From contig CAKUIA010000008.1 in the NCBI GenBank assembly GCA_934660865.1, forward strand, positions 1-32,000: DNA of 32,000 nt, in the 5' to 3' direction. The notes under the pieces are model-generated. The model saw nothing but the letters and a program-made list of their open reading frames with translations. It ran no database searches and was not told where the DNA came from. Below are positions 1 through 7,136 of this stretch, one piece after another. The position numbers and the translations under genes were made by a program. The DNA comes from an uncultured Opitutales bacterium (GTDB taxonomy: Bacteria > Verrucomicrobiota > Verrucomicrobiia > Opitutales > Intestinicryptomonadaceae). Position 1 is the stretch's first letter. Each line of letters starts with the position of its first letter.

Positions 1-80
1 ATTGTAAGAGATTTTTTCTCTTCTTTGCCCTCCTTTTTTTTATCCATTCCACTATCTTTGACGATGAGCGAAAATATTTT

Positions 81-120
81 TATAAAAAAAGAAGCCCGCG
101 CTAGCGGGCGCAACTTTTTG
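81..120. terminator. Possible bidirectional intrinsic terminator
   Basis: Hairpin GCCCGC-GCTA-GCGGGC at 94-109, with an A-run upstream (84-92) and a T-rich run downstream (114-130). Confidence 0.45.
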
Positions 121-642
121 TTTTGTTTTTTACACGGAAAGACAAGGGATGGCCGCAAAGCGGCAATCCCGCTTTCCTAGCATTAAGTTGCGAATCTGCC
201 TTTTCTTATGACGCCCCCCATTTGCAAGTGCTTCATAATTAGGGTTCAACTGGTGCGTTTCACGCTCGGATGTGCGACAAAACAACAACCGTGTCTTGGC
301 AAAATCTGTTGAAGACGCTGTATCGCGCCACAAGGTTTGAGGTAATTATGCCATACGTTTGAGCATTTTTTGAAAAAACGCGATATTTTAAAGCCCCTTT
401 GCAATGGGGTTGCATTATGGTTGCAAGGTTGCTGTAAGGAGGTTTTTTGCGGCTACAAGCATTTGACGAATTTAATCACCATGCTTGGCATTTTTTTACG
501 GTTTTTTTATAGATTGAGCCTACAGGAGTTATTTCGGGTTCGGTTATCCGCCCGTCTGAAAGCATTTGACGAATTTAGTCTTTTTGTGCAGATTTGCGAA
601 GTCGATTTTGCTGGCGGCAAAGATATACGATTGGCAATAGAC

Positions 643-684
643 AAAAAAACGGTCTTTCGGGATTTCCGAAAGACCGTTTTTTTT
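643..684 (-). terminator. Intrinsic terminator downstream of the first PEP-CTERM pentapeptide-repeat gene
   Basis: Perfect 11-bp stem CGGTCTTTCGG (650-660) / CCGAAAGACCG (666-676) with a 5-nt loop. It is flanked by A7 and T8 runs and lies 17 nt past the stop codon of the minus-strand gene. Confidence 0.8.
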
Positions 685-700
685 AGCGCGCTATGGCGTT

Positions 701-2053
701 CTACTTTCTTTTGCGGTATACCGCCAAACCCACGGCCAATGCGCCGAAGATTGCGGCTATTGTGGAGGGCTCGGGAACGCTGATGGAAATTGTCATCGAA
801 GTTCCGTCTACGGAATAATCCCAGTCGCCCAAATAGGTTTCGCCGTTTATTGTAAGGAACAATGTTTCGCCTTTTACAAAATTGCTTACGCCCGCAATGT
901 TGGCGTCTTTGTCGAACAGCAATGCGTCGAATACGCAATCGTCTAACGCCGCAATGTCGGCTATAAGGTTTATAACAAGAGTAGCGCCGTCTTCAAAAAC
1001 AAGGCCGGAATTGGCGTCTACATTAAACATTGTAGAAGACGCAAGATCGGTATCTATTTGAACGGAAGCGCTGGAGGCAACCGTTAAGGTTTTGCCGTTC
1101 GTGATTTCAAACGCAGCGCCCTGTTCGAGCGTCAGTTTAGCACCGCCGGAAATCGTTGCGTCGCTTTCGGAAATTTTAGCCGAAATTTTTGCACCGTCGC
1201 TAGTTGCAGATTTGTATTTGCGAATCGAAAAACTGTCGTCGGCAGATGCCATCGAAAAGCCCTTTATTACGCCGTCTGCCATTATCGTATTTTTGTAGGT
1301 TGCTCTGTCAAAGTCGGCATTTTCAACATTTGCGCCGCGCAAGTCTACATTGGTCATACTTGCATAGAAGAAATTGGCATCGGAAAGGTCGGCATTCACA
1401 AAGGTTGTATCATTCAATGTAGCCCAACCCAAATTCGCCCCCGACATGCTTTGCCCGTTAAAATCCCAGCCGCTTAAATAGCAGCTGGAAAAGCCTATAG
1501 AGCCCAAATCCTTGTCTTGATAGCTCTTTGTTGATTTCAACTGCTCGTAGGTGAAGCCTGTTACGTTGTTGAAATACGTATCTTTTACAATGGCGTTTGT
1601 AAAGTCGGCGTTTGTAAGTGTCGAATCCACGAACTGAGTGTTCGCCAAATCGGCGCTCGCAAAATTAGTGCCGGCAAATGTCATATCGTGAATGAACGAA
1701 TATTCCAGATTCTGTCCGCTAAAATCCCAGCCGCTAAAATCGTTGTCCGATAAAGTAATGCCTCTGAGGTTCTTGTCTTTATAGCTTTTTGTAGATTTCA
1801 ACTGCTCTTCGGTGAACCCTATTACACCGCTGAAATTCGCGCTTGTTATTGTGGAATCGGTAAAATTAGCTCCCGTAAGCGTCGAGTTCGAGAATTTCGT
1901 ATAATCCAGTTCCGCGTTTGAAAAATTGGTATTTATATACGAGTTGTTCGAGAGGTCTTGTCCCGATAAAATTTGTCCCGAAAAATCTTCGTTATCGGCA
2001 AAAGCCAGCGTTGAAAGGGATATTATCCCCGCAATAGTGAGTATGTTTTTCAT
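701..2053 (-). CDS. Secreted pentapeptide-repeat protein with a C-terminal PEP-CTERM sorting signal
   Basis: I chose the internal ATG at 2051-2053, which gives MKNILTIAGIISLSTLAFA, a signal-peptide-like N-terminus. The body has long runs of A(D/N)LxG/F-type pentapeptide repeats (for example NFSNAELDYTKFSNSTLTGANFTDSTITSANFSG). An internal module (FTxEQLKSTKSYxDKxL...SGWDF) of about 87 aa occurs twice. The C-terminus VPEPSTIAAIFGALAVGLAVYRKRK is a canonical PEP-CTERM motif. Confidence 0.85.
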   Translation of the reverse strand: MKNILTIAGIISLSTLAFADNEDFSGQILSGQDLSNNSYINTNFSNAELDYTKFSNSTLTGANFTDSTITSANFSGVIGFTEEQLKSTKSYKDKNLRGITLSDNDFSGWDFSGQNLEYSFIHDMTFAGTNFASADLANTQFVDSTLTNADFTNAIVKDTYFNNVTGFTYEQLKSTKSYQDKDLGSIGFSSCYLSGWDFNGQSMSGANLGWATLNDTTFVNADLSDANFFYASMTNVDLRGANVENADFDRATYKNTIMADGVIKGFSMASADDSFSIRKYKSATSDGAKISAKISESDATISGGAKLTLEQGAAFEITNGKTLTVASSASVQIDTDLASSTMFNVDANSGLVFEDGATLVINLIADIAALDDCVFDALLFDKDANIAGVSNFVKGETLFLTINGETYLGDWDYSVDGTSMTISISVPEPSTIAAIFGALAVGLAVYRKRK

Positions 2054-2340
2054 ATAGTTAGATTGTATATTTTTTAACGGCCAGCATGGGCATTTAAAAA
2101 CTTCTCTGCAAAAATGGCATTTCGCCTTAACAGCCAAGACATTTTGCGAATACAGAAAATGGCGGCAACCAACCGTTGGAATTTATCCGCATTGTTATTT
2201 CATTTTTGAACACTCCAGTCAAGAAAATTGCGAATGGCAAACTATTTCAATTCCGATTTAAAGCGAATAAAAACAATATCCTGCAAACGCCTAACATACA
2301 CTTACCCCGCAAAAAAACTTAACATCGACGCAAATAATAA

Positions 2341-2373
2341 ATAAAAAAGCCTTTTTAGAAACTAAAAAGGCTT
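2341..2373 (-). terminator. Intrinsic terminator downstream of the second PEP-CTERM pentapeptide-repeat gene
   Basis: 12-bp stem AAGCCTTTTTAG (2347-2358) / CTAAAAAGGCTT (2362-2373) with a 3-nt loop. On the minus strand it is followed by a T-run (complement of the A-run at 2343-2348). It lies 28 nt past the stop. Confidence 0.6.
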
Positions 2374-2400
2374 CGCGTTATATTCTAAAAATTTCCAAAT

Positions 2401-4158
2401 TTATTTACGGCGGCGGTATATAGCCAACCCTAACGCCAATGCGCCGAATATTGCAGCTATTGTTGCAGGTTCTGGAACTTGCGTTGCCAAAATCGAAAAC
2501 TTGTTTTCGTTTATAACGCAGGTCCAATAGCCGTTAAATGTTTCGCCTTTAATTGTTAGGTATAGGATTTCGTCGGGCTTTAGGTCTTTTAGGCTTGCTA
2601 TGTTCGAATCGCTTTCAAACGAAATTAAATCGAACTTATATTCAACATCGGGCAAAAGATCTTCGGTTATGTTAATTGTAAGCTTGCCGTCTATAACCAA
2701 GCCCGCCAAAGATTCTATGTATATTTGTGTCGGGTCGCTTATAGAGGTGTCTATAATAAGCACGCCGTTTTCTGCTATAGTAAGCGTCTTTTTATTTACT
2801 ACATCTAGGCGTGCCCCTGTATCTAACTTAAGGGTTGCCCCGCCAGAAACCGTTGCATCGCTTTCCGAAATTTTAGCACTTATCATTTCTCCGCCGCTTG
2901 TAGCAGGCGTATATTTGCGAATGGTAAGGCTGTCGGCAGCAGACGCCATAGAGAAGTTTTTAATAACGCCGTCTGCCATAATGGTGTTTTTGTAGATAGC
3001 AGCACCACTTGTAGCTGTAGTTTCAGCACCTCTTAAATCTGAATTAGTGAAATTTACATTTGTAATTCTTGTTGCAAAGAAACTTGCATTTTGAAGATTT
3101 TGGTTTGATAAATCCCATTTTGAAATATTGTTGTAATCGAACATTACCCCTGTAAGATTTCCTTCTTTGTAAGAAGCTGTAGATTTTAATTGAGCCTCGG
3201 TAAATCCATTAGCTACAGTTGAGGACAAATCTGCACCCTGAATTATCGCATTTGTAAAATCTGCACCATTAGTTGATGTACCAGAAAGCACTGCTCTAGT
3301 AAAGTTTGCACCAGACAAATTTGCTTTATCCAAGGTAGCATCGGTTAAATCTGCATTTGTAAAATCTGCATCTTCTGCGTTTGCACCATATAAATTTGCT
3401 CCTGACATATTTAACCCAGATAAATTGAATTTACTTATATTATCTATGAAAATTTTTGTGATATCAGATGCAGAACGTAATTGTGTGTCTGTTAAATTCT
3501 CTACTCCCTTTAACCATGCTCCTGATAGGTTTGCGTTTGTAAAATCTGCATCTTGCACATTTGCACCAGATAACCATGCTCTTGATAGATTTGCGTTTGT
3601 AAAATCTGCATCTTCTGCGTTTGATAAACTTGCTCCTGACATATTTAACCCAGATAAATTGAATTTACTTATATTATCTATGGAAATTTTTGTGATATCA
3701 GATGCAGAACGTAATTGTGTGTCTGTTAAATTCTCTACTCCCTTTAACCATGCTCCTGATAGGTTTGCGTTTGTAAAATCTGCATCTTGTACATTTGCAC
3801 CATATAAATTTGCTCCTGATAGGTTTGCATTTGTAAAATCTGCATCTTCTGCGTTTGCATCAGATAACCATGCTCCTGATAGGTTTGCATTTGCAAAAAT
3901 TGCTCCTGATAGGTTTGCACTCGAAAAATATGCTTCAGATAGGATCGCATTTGTAAAATTCGAAAACGCATAAGATGCTTCTGACCCATTATCTTCACTA
4001 AAAGTTGTTCCTTTTGCCGTAACACCTATCCAACTTGAATTTCTATGAGATATCCCAGAAAAGTCCTTTCCAGACACGTCTTGCCCATCGTAATTTTCAT
4101 AGTCGCCAAAGGCAAAGCCTGCCGCGAATATTGACAATATTGTTATATACTTTTTCAT
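2401..4158 (-). CDS. Secreted pentapeptide-repeat protein with a C-terminal PEP-CTERM sorting signal (paralog of 701-2053)
   Basis: The N-terminus MKKYITILSIFAAGFAFG looks like a signal peptide. The repeats are very regular (ANLSGAWLSDANAEDADFTNANLSGANLYGANVQDADFTNANLSGAWL). The C-terminal third (YKNTIMADGVIKNFSMASAADSLTIRKY...ISAKISESDATVSGGATLKL) matches the first paralog. The protein ends VPEPATIAAIFGALALGLAIYRRRK. Confidence 0.9.
   Translation of the reverse strand: MKKYITILSIFAAGFAFGDYENYDGQDVSGKDFSGISHRNSSWIGVTAKGTTFSEDNGSEASYAFSNFTNAILSEAYFSSANLSGAIFANANLSGAWLSDANAEDADFTNANLSGANLYGANVQDADFTNANLSGAWLKGVENLTDTQLRSASDITKISIDNISKFNLSGLNMSGASLSNAEDADFTNANLSRAWLSGANVQDADFTNANLSGAWLKGVENLTDTQLRSASDITKIFIDNISKFNLSGLNMSGANLYGANAEDADFTNADLTDATLDKANLSGANFTRAVLSGTSTNGADFTNAIIQGADLSSTVANGFTEAQLKSTASYKEGNLTGVMFDYNNISKWDLSNQNLQNASFFATRITNVNFTNSDLRGAETTATSGAAIYKNTIMADGVIKNFSMASAADSLTIRKYTPATSGGEMISAKISESDATVSGGATLKLDTGARLDVVNKKTLTIAENGVLIIDTSISDPTQIYIESLAGLVIDGKLTINITEDLLPDVEYKFDLISFESDSNIASLKDLKPDEILYLTIKGETFNGYWTCVINENKFSILATQVPEPATIAAIFGALALGLAIYRRRK
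3361..3868. repeat. In-frame tandem duplication (period 234 bp = 78 aa) inside the pentapeptide-repeat CDS
   Basis: CCTGACATATTTAACCCAGATAAATTGAATTTACTTATATTATCTATG starts at 3401 and again at 3635. About the first 165 bp of the two copies differ at only 2 positions that I could see, after which they diverge. In the protein, the block NLSGAWLKGVENLTDTQLRSASDITKI(S/F)IDNISKFNLSGLNMSGA occurs twice. Confidence 0.85.
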
Positions 4159-4162
4159 AACT

Positions 4163-4549
4163 TTAGTATCCTAGATATTTGAAAATTGAAGGAAGAAGTG
4201 GGTCTAGATGAATATTAAATGGGCCTTTCCAAGTAGCTCCATTAGATTGAGTATAGTTTGAAACCGAATATTCGCTAGTATTCCCAGATTTTGTAAATTG
4301 CCCGTGTAATGAATTAAAATATGTCGCTATTTGAACATACTCTTTTTGGCGAACAACAAATGATGTATGCCCTGGAGCGAGATATAAAATTTCAATCTCT
4401 CCATTTGTTTTGTCCAACGACAAAATATTGCAACCGGCACCGCCTTTGTTTCCCATCGATGGAATATGCAATGGCAGTTTATTGCCAGTTAAAACTAGTT
4501 GCGAAACGATATCGTTTATGCAAACGGATATATTTAATGGTGCTGACAT
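4163..4549 (-). CDS. Hypothetical protein (128 aa from the ATG at 4549; the ORF extends to 4618)
   Basis: The ORF stops 4 nt upstream of the pentapeptide-repeat gene start on the same strand, so co-transcription is likely. It is low in GC. I recognise no family. The start is uncertain: MSAPLNIS at 4549, or MHKFCS at 4618, which would place the left dyad site inside the coding sequence. Confidence 0.45.
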   Translation of the reverse strand: MSAPLNISVCINDIVSQLVLTGNKLPLHIPSMGNKGGAGCNILSLDKTNGEIEILYLAPGHTSFVVRQKEYVQIATYFNSLHGQFTKSGNTSEYSVSNYTQSNGATWKGPFNIHLDPLLPSIFKYLGY

Positions 4550-4579
4550 AACTCTTTCAAAGAAATTATGTACAGGTAT

Positions 4580-4598
4580 ATGGTATTTAGAATACCAT
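4580..4598. repeat. 19-bp dyad site ATGGTATT-TAG-AATACCAT (left copy)
   Basis: 8-bp perfect inverted arms around a 3-nt asymmetric core. It is the exact reverse complement of the site at 4747-4765. Confidence 0.8.
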
Positions 4599-4746
4599 AT
4601 GCTGCAAAATTTATGCAATATTCTGATTATCAGAGAAAAATATTTATTTGGATATTGATTCTTTTAAAGTCTATCTTTGAAATAGAAATCCTGGAATTGT
4701 CAACAAACCAAACAGTACAAAAGTTCTTTGGCTTTTGTTGTTGACA

Positions 4747-4765
4747 ATGGTATTCTAAATACCAT
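4747..4765. repeat. 19-bp dyad site ATGGTATT-CTA-AATACCAT (right copy, inverted relative to the left copy)
   Basis: The arms match 4580-4598 and the core is reverse-complemented. The site overlaps the ATG (4764) of the recombinase gene. It abuts an 11-bp inverted repeat, ATTGTCAACAA (4696-4706) / TTGTTGACAAT (4738-4748). Confidence 0.8.
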
Positions 4766-5762
4766 GAACAAAGAATTGATATCGGCGAGGGCTCTTTTAA
4801 AAGGCAAAAATATTAGCGTTTTAGACGCAGCTAGGCTTATTTGCAATATTGTAGATTTTATGCCAAAAAAATCCAAACTTACTACCCTTCAGTTTTGCGC
4901 CAAAGTAATTGAAATTGGCAAAAATAACTTTAGGCAAAACGAAATGCCTATCGCCAAAGGTTTTGATATTTATTTGCAGACTAAGCAAGATTTGCGCAAA
5001 GCTTCGTTTAGCGACATTAAATACTTGGGCAACAAGTTGATGAAATTTAAACCCGAATTTGCAAAGCGCAATTTTTCGGAGCTTAGTGTATCTGAATGCG
5101 AAGAGTGGCTAAGCTGCGCGTTTAGCACCCCAAGCCAATACAACAAAGGGCGCGCTATGTTGCACGGGTTGTTTGAATTTGCAATTCGCCGCGAGTGGTG
5201 CGACAAAAATCCCATTAAGCAAATTTTAAGAAAAAAGGTAATAGAAAAGGAAATTTTGCCGCTAAAGCTATTTGAAATTAAAAAGATTATAGCCAATGCA
5301 AAAAAGGAGAACAACGGCATATATTTGCCTGCCGTAGCCCTTTTGGTCTTTGCGGGGATAAGGCCAAGAGAAGTTAGGCGTTTAACTTGGCAAGATATTG
5401 ATTTGCAGGAAAACACAATAACGGTGCGCTCGCTGTGTTCCAAAACAGGCGGGGTGCGCCAAGTAGAAATTATGCCGCAACTAAAGCGAATTTTGCTAAG
5501 CTATAACCCTAAACCCCAGCAAAAAATATGCCCTGTAAACTGGCAGCGCCGTTGGCAAAAAATACGCAACAACGCAGGCTTTGGCGGCTGCTGGGTGCAA
5601 GACGTTTTGCGCCACACCTACGCCAGCTTTTTTGCCAAACGCTTTAAAGACCTGCCGAGGCTGCAGCTAAATATGGGACACAGGAACCAAATGCTTTTAA
5701 AAAGCCGCTACATAAATATGCGCAACATCTCGCGCTTTGAAGCCGAAAAGTTTTTTAACTAG
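4764..5762 (+). CDS. Tyrosine recombinase / phage-integrase family protein
   Basis: The C-terminal catalytic domain carries AGIRPREVRRLTWQDIDL (Arg I), VLRHTYAS (Arg II region) and MGH...SRYINM (His and the Tyr nucleophile). The start is either ATG at 4764 (MNKELIS) or the upstream TTG at 4728. Confidence 0.85.
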   Translation: MNKELISARALLKGKNISVLDAARLICNIVDFMPKKSKLTTLQFCAKVIEIGKNNFRQNEMPIAKGFDIYLQTKQDLRKASFSDIKYLGNKLMKFKPEFAKRNFSELSVSECEEWLSCAFSTPSQYNKGRAMLHGLFEFAIRREWCDKNPIKQILRKKVIEKEILPLKLFEIKKIIANAKKENNGIYLPAVALLVFAGIRPREVRRLTWQDIDLQENTITVRSLCSKTGGVRQVEIMPQLKRILLSYNPKPQQKICPVNWQRRWQKIRNNAGFGGCWVQDVLRHTYASFFAKRFKDLPRLQLNMGHRNQMLLKSRYINMRNISRFEAEKFFN

Positions 5763-6427
5763 GGCTTTGCGTTTTGCGGCAGCCAAAACAGCGGCGCATT
5801 TTTAAATGTCTTTAGTTGTGCTTTTATTTGTTTTGTTTTTTCGCGCGGGAAAGGCTCTTGCTTTAATTTTGCTTTTAGTTCGGCAACTTTTTGCGCATTG
5901 TTTTCGGCCTTTGCCTGTTTTAATTCGTTAAATAGTTTTTTGCGCTCCGCCGACAATTCTTTCATTATTTTCGCATATTCTAGCTGTGCGTTTAGACATT
6001 CATCAGACACGTCTTTTGCGCAAAAGGCAACCGCCCTTGCCAAGTCAAAACATACAAAACTTGCGGTGTTCTTATTTTTGTGGCGAAAAACCACCGTGGC
6101 GGTTTGCAATTTTTTGTCTGCGCAAACAGAAAAGTTTTTTTCGATTATCTCGTAGGCAGACAATTTGCCGTAGCCTTTTGTAAAATCTTTGGCGTTTTCG
6201 CACTTTGCGCCCTCCTCTAAAACTACAAGCTGCCTTGCAATTAAAGAATTTATTTGGGCAACGGCTTTTTTTGCAAACTCGGGCTTTTCGGAATCGAACA
6301 TATTTTCGGGATAGGCAATTTTTAGAGTTTCGCAAAATTTAAACTCGCCACCCTTTTGCCCCAAAAATTGCGCGGCGTTTAGCGAAAAATACACAAGTAA
6401 AAACAAAGCAAACACTGTAGCTTTCAT
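5759..6427 (-). CDS. Hypothetical secreted protein with a Lys/Ala/Glu-rich C-terminal helical region
   Basis: The internal ATG at 6427 gives MKATVFALFLLVYFSLNAAQ, which looks like a signal peptide. The C-terminus (KKLFNELKQAKAENNAQKVAELKAKLKQ) looks like a coiled coil. Its stop overlaps the recombinase stop, with CTAG shared. No family recognised. Confidence 0.55.
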   Translation of the reverse strand: MKATVFALFLLVYFSLNAAQFLGQKGGEFKFCETLKIAYPENMFDSEKPEFAKKAVAQINSLIARQLVVLEEGAKCENAKDFTKGYGKLSAYEIIEKNFSVCADKKLQTATVVFRHKNKNTASFVCFDLARAVAFCAKDVSDECLNAQLEYAKIMKELSAERKKLFNELKQAKAENNAQKVAELKAKLKQEPFPREKTKQIKAQLKTFKNAPLFWLPQNAKP

Positions 6428-6538
6428 GCAAAAAGCGTAGGGGCAAATGCGCGTTCTTTCAAGGATTTTCTTGCAACACACAAGCTTAATCTTGTTGACC
6501 AAGTTTTGCGGATATTAAGAATATAAATTTTCCATTGC

Positions 6539-7057
6539 ATGCAAAAAATTAAGATAGACAGCACCCTGCACCAAATTTACCCGCAATTTTTGGGGCTTTA
6601 CAAAAAAAGCTTTCCCCTTTGCGAGCAAAGAACAAATGCCGAGTTGCAAAAGGCAATAGCCAACAAAAACTTTTCGCTTTTTTGCTACACGCAAAACGGC
6701 GCGCTTTTGGGCTTTGTGTCGTTTTGGGATTTTAAAAACTGCGTATATATAGAGCACCTTGCGGTAAACGACACAATGCGTGGCTGCGGCATTGGAAGCA
6801 AAATTATGCAAGATGTTTTGGCAAGCAGCCCAAAAATTTTTGTACTTGAAGTAGACCATGTTGTAGACGAAATTTCGGCAAAAAGGCTGCGCTTTTACAA
6901 ACGCTGCGGCTTTTTTGAAACGCCGCACAAGCACGCCCACCCGGGCTACGGCAACGGCCCCAAATGCCCTATGGCAATTTTAAGCACAAAGCGCCCCATA
7001 AGCGAAAGCGAGTATGCCGATTTTTACCACAGTTTGCTGACCATAGCAATGGGCTAA
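6539..7057 (+). CDS. GNAT family N-acetyltransferase
   Basis: Acetyl-CoA binding motif A is present, IEHLAVNDTMRGCGIGSKIMQDVL (R/Q-x-x-G-x-G/A). At 172 aa the size is typical, and RFYKRCGF is the usual C-terminal motif. Confidence 0.8.
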   Translation: MQKIKIDSTLHQIYPQFLGLYKKSFPLCEQRTNAELQKAIANKNFSLFCYTQNGALLGFVSFWDFKNCVYIEHLAVNDTMRGCGIGSKIMQDVLASSPKIFVLEVDHVVDEISAKRLRFYKRCGFFETPHKHAHPGYGNGPKCPMAILSTKRPISESEYADFYHSLLTIAMG

Positions 7058-7071
7058 GCCCAAGCTAAACG

Positions 7072-7113
7072 CAAAAAAGCGGCTTTGCCCTTTTAAAGGC
7101 CGAGCCGCTTTGC
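7072..7113. terminator. Bidirectional terminator between convergent genes
   Basis: Stem AAAGCGGCT (7076-7084) / AGCCGCTTT (7103-7111) with extra inner pairing (CCTTT/AAAGG). An A-run lies upstream. The site sits between the GNAT stop (7057) and the beta-helix gene stop (7137). Confidence 0.6.
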
Positions 7114-7136
7114 ATGGTATTTTGCGCTTTTGTATG

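Noticed and set aside
130-938. ORFs in the supplied track at 130-333 (-), 370-783 (+) and 507-938 (-)
   Set aside because: They overlap one another, are highly basic and low in complexity, and one runs into the antisense of the PEP-CTERM gene. None has a recognisable domain or signal.
3361-3900. Regularly spaced repeats of about 60 bp and 234 bp that superficially resemble a CRISPR array
   Set aside because: The repeats lie in frame within a long ORF that encodes pentapeptide repeats. There are no unique spacers of constant length and no cas genes nearby.
3425-3973. 182-aa plus-strand ORF (repetitive FAFVKSAS...APDRFAF) and a 93-aa minus-strand ORF at 3744-4025
   Set aside because: Both are alternate-frame or antisense readings of the pentapeptide-repeat CDS. 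Their periodicity simply mirrors the coding repeat. They have no independent start context or recognisable domain.
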